Shown here piece by piece: positions 58,134 through 64,000 of a DNA stretch of 64,000 nt. Made by a program: the position numbers and the translations under genes. This stretch comes from Psammoneis japonica (taxonomy: Eukaryota): NCBI GenBank assembly GCA_008632985.1, contig QPGO01000115.1, forward strand, positions 124,001-188,000, given 5' to 3'. Position 1 is the stretch's first letter. Each line of letters begins with the position of its first letter. The notes beneath the pieces were generated by a model, which made no database searches, was not told where the DNA came from, and was given only the letters and a program-made list of their open reading frames with translations.

Positions 58134-59802
58134 TTAGATACCAAACGCACCCAATCCCTCCTTTTGTTCCTTGAGGAAGGCTTCGTAGAACTGGTAAATA
58201 ATGGTGACACTGAGCAAGATACCAGTACCGGTACCAATAGCGCCCATAAAGTCGGCAACGACCGTCAAGGCACCAATGCACATGCCACCAAAGGCGGCAG
58301 CGGTAGGAATGTATCGGTTCAAGACGTGAATCAAAGCCGAATCTCGGTGGCCCTTCATGACCATTTGGTTGTCCCGGAGTTGCTTCGCAACGTCACGGGC
58401 AGACGCTCCAGACACTTCAATCCATGTCTTGGAAAAGAGAGCGCACGAGGTCAGAATGAAAATGAGGTAAAAGACCGCATGGAAGGGATCGTAAATGATT
58501 TCCGCAAAAGACGTCGGAGGCGAGATGTAGTAAGCAATCCCTCCTACTGGAATGGTTTGGCCAGCAGCGCCTTCCACTTCTTGCCACTTGCCCAAGAGTC
58601 TGACCAACACATTGGTGGGGGCGCGGTTGTACAAGAGCTGAGAAACAAAGTAAAGGTTGGATACCAACGCCGTCTGGAGGATGATGGGCATGTTGGACGT
58701 GTAGAAGAGCTTGATGGGGTAGGTTCCCTGTTGTCCACGGTACTTTTGGTACTTGACGGGAAGATCGACACGCCATCCTTGAAAGTAAATGACAACAACA
58801 AAGATAAGGACCGTCGCCATGAGGTTGGTCAGGTTGGGAAGGTTCTGACGGTAGAGTGCTTCCTTGAGAGCGCGGACCTTGTCGTTACGGGTAATCAAGA
58901 GATGGAAAAGAGCAATAATGGCTCCTTCGAACTCCGTTCCACGTCCTGTGTTGAGCGTAGTGGGCGAAAATGCCTTCCAAACAATGTTTTCGCAAATGTT
59001 GGTGGCGATAAAGAGCGAAATACCAGAGCCCAATCCGTATCCCTTCTGGAGCAACTCGTCGAGGATAAGGACAACGAGACCAGCGCAAAAGAGCTGAGCG
59101 ATGATAAGGACGGCGTTACCGGCTCCGATGGATCCCAAATCACCGTACATTCCGCTGACAACGTAGGCAATGGCTTCACCAACCGTGATGAGAATACCAA
59201 AAAGCTTCTGAGCTCCAGAGAAGAGCGCACGATCTTCCTTGACATTGTAATTGACCTCAATGATTCGTGAACCAGCTAAAAGCTGCATCACTAGACCAGA
59301 AGTGACAATAGGACTGATACCGAGTTCCATTAGCGTTCCGCGGTTCGATGCAAGGATCACACGCATCCAGTAGAAGGGATCAGAGGACTTGGCACTTTGA
59401 ACACCGTAAATAGGGATCTGGCAACAAACCAAAAAGATAAACAGCGTGATAGTAGTCCATAGGAGCTTCTCACGAAAGGGAATCTGCAATTACATTAGAG
59501 AGAAAGAAGGGAAACGACCTGTTAGAGTTTCGTCATGTTCACATCATTTTCGTCGAGCCAATGATGGATGCCCAAAGTCTTTCTGCGCACTTTGTCGCGC
59601 GTCGCAAGATTTCGCCGTAGAAAGTGTACCAGAGTCATGCGTAGAGAAAATGTGCGGTTTCTAATCACGCACTCGTGATGCCGTCGTTGTGTGCCATGAC
59701 GACATTGCAAGGACGCAAAACAAAGAAACGCACCTTGCGATCAGGACTTGCGACCTCCGGGAGGACGCACATGACGGGTCGAATCAAGTGAAGGAATCTC
59801 AT
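58134..59802 (-). CDS. SEC61A: Sec61 alpha subunit; intron 59484-59733
   Basis: [71 protein letters not shown]. Confidence 0.97.
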
Positions 59803-60199
59803 GGTGGCTTGCTTTTGTTGCTCTCTTTTGTTGGGATGCGATGCGGTCACACAACAAAAATGCCAGTGCGGTGTGCGAGAGCGGAGGGAGTGAACGCACT
59901 CCCTGGTACATACACGTACAATCCTACGTGGACATTCAAATTTGAATGGGTTATGGGTAGTCATTGAACACGTGTCAGTGTCTCTGTGGAACGGGGTGCG
60001 CAAGCCCGACTGAATTCCAGTCTTCGATCGATCGAAGTTTCAAGTTTTCACGTTTCACAACATTTTTCAGCGATGTCAAAATCAACATGACCATGGCGTA
60101 GCACAGCTACTGTGATGAAACGACGAAACCCCTATACTACAATAGAAGCCCTAGACGATAACGAGACTCTTTACGTACACACTATAGAAAAAGAATCAA

Positions 60200-61966
60200 A
60201 TGAACATGTATCGTCGCCCAGGACCGAGTCGACAATGGAAACGACCAAAAAACAGCACATGGAGAAGACCGACTTCTACGGGAACAGCGCCGAAACCCAA
60301 GGACGGGGCGGAATCAACTGATGCAACAAAAGCAAGCCTCCCAATACTCAAGGGAGGTCCGAGAAAGAATAATCGGCTTGGTCACAATACGTGGAAACGC
60401 AAGAATGTAGCAGCACAAGAAACTCAAGAAACAGATGGCTCCTCCGAGAAGGCTGCCACTGCGATTGAAAGCGATGCAACTGAAACTAAAAAGGAGTCCA
60501 TGAAAATGAATGATGCACTTGAGAATGAATCTCAATCCAACAAAGATAGTGCTGTGAGTGATCTAGTTCCCAAAAGCAAGAGCGACATGATGATCAAGCG
60601 TGGCAGACAGCATAATCAGCTTGTGCGGACCCATGCGGATAACGCTACAGACAAACCGGTCGACGAGATTGCCGACCCTTTGAAAACTATGGATAGTCTT
60701 AGCGTGGTCATGAAGAGACGGGGTAGAAACAAGTTGGTGTTGCAGACTGGCCTTGAGGCAAAGGAGACAAGTATGTCGGTCGCAGAGATTAGGAAGCCCT
60801 CAAACGTTCAGAAAGGTCTGCAGGTAGCAGAAGCACAGAAGCCGGTTGACGAGAATATGAAGGGAGTGGGGAATGCCGGCGATCCAGTTGCTCATATGAA
60901 GAAGCATGGTAGAAATAAGTTACTTCTGCAGGCCGTTCCGGAAGAAAAGAAGCACATTGAACCGGGAGTCGAGGGTAGGGAACCTTCGGTTGAGTATTAA
61001 GTTTCGTTTGCACCTACAATCCCACCAGCCATGAAGAAGCATTGGAGGAACAAGTTAGTCTTGAAGGGTATGCCAGAGTCGAAACCAGGAGAGGCCACGG
61101 GAGCGTCTAAAGTCGTTGACCAAAACGATGTCCGAGATGGAGTTGGTGGCGACGGTGCGGCTGCCCAGAACACCGTTGCTACAATGGATGGTGTAATGGA
61201 AACTGTAGACAAAGAGAAGCACATACACACCGATCAGAAGAAAGCGGCAGTCAAGAAACTCGGAAAGAACAAACTGGTGATGGTGTCGGATTCATCCAAA
61301 TTAGAGAAAGGCGAATCCCGAAAAAGACCCCGACCTCCTAAACCACCCAGGGGTCCAGTCGTCAAACGAATCAAGCTCGACGCTGCTCAACCATCCCAAG
61401 AACCTGTTGAAAACGACTCGACAGAAGCCACCGAGACTGTAGTTACTCAGAATATTGATTTATCACATAATGTGCCGCAACCAAAGAAATTGACAGAGTT
61501 TGCGTATCGAGAAGTGTCCAAAACGAAGACAACAAATCGAAAGCATACACGAATGAAACAGAACCTTGGATGGAGCCGGGATCCCGCTGCTCAGAGTCGG
61601 AAACCGGATTTGAATCAGAATGCGAGACGAAACATGGGCCTCGTTCGAGTTGTTCCGGATTTTGCCACCACTCCGGTTTGCCCTACCTTTGCCCGCGGTA
61701 TCCCCTGTGAGAATGTAAAGTGCACAAAGCGGCACGACGTCCCGCAAGAAATGGCTACTCCGATTTGCTCCTTTTTCCAGAGAAATGGGCAATGTCTGAA
61801 ACGAGACACCTGTCCTTTTCGACACATCAAGGTAAATCCCCGCAATACGGTTTGTCCTTCCTTTAGCCTGCTGGGATACTGTGAAGACACGGAATGCAAA
61901 ATGAAACATGTTCGACAGGCAACACGTGGTTCCAAGAAGGGCAGCAACTCCTCTAACGTGATGTAG
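60200..61966 (+). CDS. CCCH zinc-finger protein (ZC3H3-like) with repeated basic motifs; putative 54-nt intron 60975-61028
   Basis: Three C-terminal CCCH fingers; GTAGGG..CACCAG would join ORFs 60200 and 61031 in frame. Confidence 0.7.
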
Positions 61967-62869
61967 TGCCTCGGTCTGGGGTATGGTCGTTCAGCACCCA
62001 AGTGCAAGTATAGACATGGACTAGGTAAGTGTGCTTGTTTCGATAGCAGGCCAGCGTCTCGTAGCATTGCATTGATGAACTAGCGTGGAAAGAAAGAGTT
62101 TGCTGAATTTTTTTATGACTTGAAAGTTGACCGTGAAGTAAGCCGAAGACTGGACCACGCGGATGATGAAGAGTCACTCTCATTCATTGCCAATGGCCAT
62201 CTTGTGTATGCTTTGGAGGACTTGCCTAGAAGAGCAAGTCTTTTTCCTGTTGACATGCGAGCTACTGGGCATGTCTCATCTTTTTCTCCGTTTACTTGCT
62301 CACTAGTTAGTTAGTTCGTGGGAAAATAAAATAGTTAGTTTCTTGTGTGTTTGAATGACTGCGCTAGGTAATGGCTTATCTTACTCCAACGACCAAATCA
62401 TCATTTGCTGTAGTAGCTGCCGTTCCTTTCCGCGTCGACTCCACAAGCAACAAGTAGCAGCGACAGCCTATTGTTGCTCTACTTGCTGCGCTTCAAACTC
62501 CCGAATAGTCTAGTAGCATCTATAATCGTTTCCACATAGGGTAGTCTCTCTTGGTAGTCAGAGCTAGTTTGTCGTCATCCTATTTCTTTTGGAGTCACTT
62601 CTTGGGGTCAACCGAGGCTCCAGGTAGATGACATTCGTGTGTGTAAAATCCTGCTGCAGCACATGACTACGCCTCCAAGACGCTCAGGCACTTGGACATC
62701 TCTCCCAAGACGTCAGAACATCTTTTTTGCGATCGGGGCTTGTCATTATGACAGTGTGCGGTGTCATCGTCAGAATTCTCCTCCCGAAAATGAAGATTCG
62801 ATAAGGAGACTTTCCGCTCTCGAGAGAGATCAAACAATGTTGACTCTGGTACACGGAGAAAAGAAAACT

Positions 62870-63300
62870 ATGGACGGAGTCGGGATCATCCAGCTCAGAG
62901 CCGTAAACCAGTCTCTAATCAGAATGCAAGACGAAACACAGGCCTCCTTCGCGTTGCTGCAAAAACGCTTTGCCCTACCGCTTTGCCCGTGGTATTCCCG
63001 GTGGGAATGGGAATGCACGAAGCGGCGTGATGTCCCACAAGAAATGGCTACCCCGATTTGCTCCTTTTTCCAAAGAAATGAGCAATGTCTAAAACGAGAC
63101 GCGCGTCCTTTTTCGTCGCGTCATGTTAAACCCCATACTGCAGTTTCTCTTCCCTCTAGCCTGCTGGGAAACTGCGAAGACACGGATGCAGAATGAAACG
63201 CGTTCAACAAGTAACGCGTGGTTCGAAGATGGTTGTTGCTGCAGCAGGTCAGGCGTCTTGTAATATTTGCAGTGATCAAATAGCGTGGAACATAGAGATA
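62870..63300 (+). pseudogene. Degenerate duplicate of the CCCH gene 3' end and UTR
   Basis: CAAGAAATGGCTAC.CCGATTTGCTCCTTTTTCCA shared with ~61745; frameshifts and lost Cys/His ligands. Confidence 0.85.
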
Positions 63301-63478
63301 TGGGGACAATAATGAGTTCGTCTGATAGCTGCACTAGCGTTGTCTTTCCTTTTTGTCAAGCGGGCGCTTTTCCGACTTTGAACACGAACGCTGTGTTTAA
63401 GCTTCTTTTGCAGCAAGAAATTCTGAATCATTCATGAGGAGGTCATTCATGAGGAGGTTCCATCCCTGCGCCCTCTCT

Positions 63479-64000
63479 CTAGTCATACGGCGATGCTAAA
63501 CTGTCTAACAACCTGGTCACTTCACCATCTTTTGAAGACGGAAAGAGCATAGCCCGACCGCCCGTCTCGATCGAGGCTGGCGCAGAGCTCGGTTCAGACT
63601 GCTTCAATTCTGAACCTTGTTCATGGTTAGACTTACGATCCGGACTTTTCCCTTTTCTGGCTTTATCCAATTCACGCTGCACACCGTCACGACGGTCCTT
63701 CGCAGCTTTATATTCCTTCTTTAAACGTTTTCGTTGTTGCAACAATTGCTTTGAAATGGTTCGGCTTTCCTCAATCTCTTCACGTCGGAACTCATTTTTC
63801 TTTTCCAAGTCGTCGTCAATAATGTCTCTAAGTTTGGCATACTCCGCCGGAATCTACAATGAGAAGCGGATCCATTCGTGAAAGAGTAGGTAAGACGACT
63901 GGAAGAATAATGATCAGCAATGAACCAGTCATGGATTCAAACATACCTTTGCAACATTCAGTTTCTGTCGCACCCTGGCAACAATCTCTTCTACATGCTG
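63479..64000 (-). CDS. 3' end of a coiled-coil protein gene (partial; intron 63854-63946)
   Basis: Open minus frame to stop at 63479; GTATGT..TTGTAG intron; K/E/R-rich coil. Confidence 0.65.

Noticed and set aside
58041..59270. 409-aa plus-strand ORF
   Set aside because: Antisense shadow of the conserved Sec61alpha gene

Overview
Eukaryotic nuclear DNA, almost certainly a diatom: GT-AG introns, an Lhcf/FCP gene, and ASAF-type bipartite plastid-targeting peptides. Gene-dense stretches encode PP2C, a sulfotransferase-like protein, cyclin H, a CaaX-tailed ubiquitin-fold protein, a GPC1-like acyltransferase, SLC35F, rubredoxin, a TPR-PDZ-ANK-FYVE-R-SNARE multidomain protein, ankyrin and WD40 proteins, an MtnA-MtnK fusion, R2R3-Myb, Lhcf, PanE, Sec61alpha and a CCCH zinc-finger protein. 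These alternate with three sharply bounded blocks of dead transposons and pseudogenes (about 1-760, 6420-14790 and 41810-56500). The most striking signal is that these blocks have lost almost all TpA dinucleotides, and many CpG, in favour of TpG/CpA. Paralogous pairs inside the window show TA->TG/CA and CG->TG/CA substitutions directly, and the fossil piggyBac, Gypsy and MYND proteins carry Cys/His where Tyr is expected. This looks like a region-targeted, TpA-erasing hypermutation system, opposite in direction to fungal RIP. All gene calls come from motif recognition by eye, not database searches.
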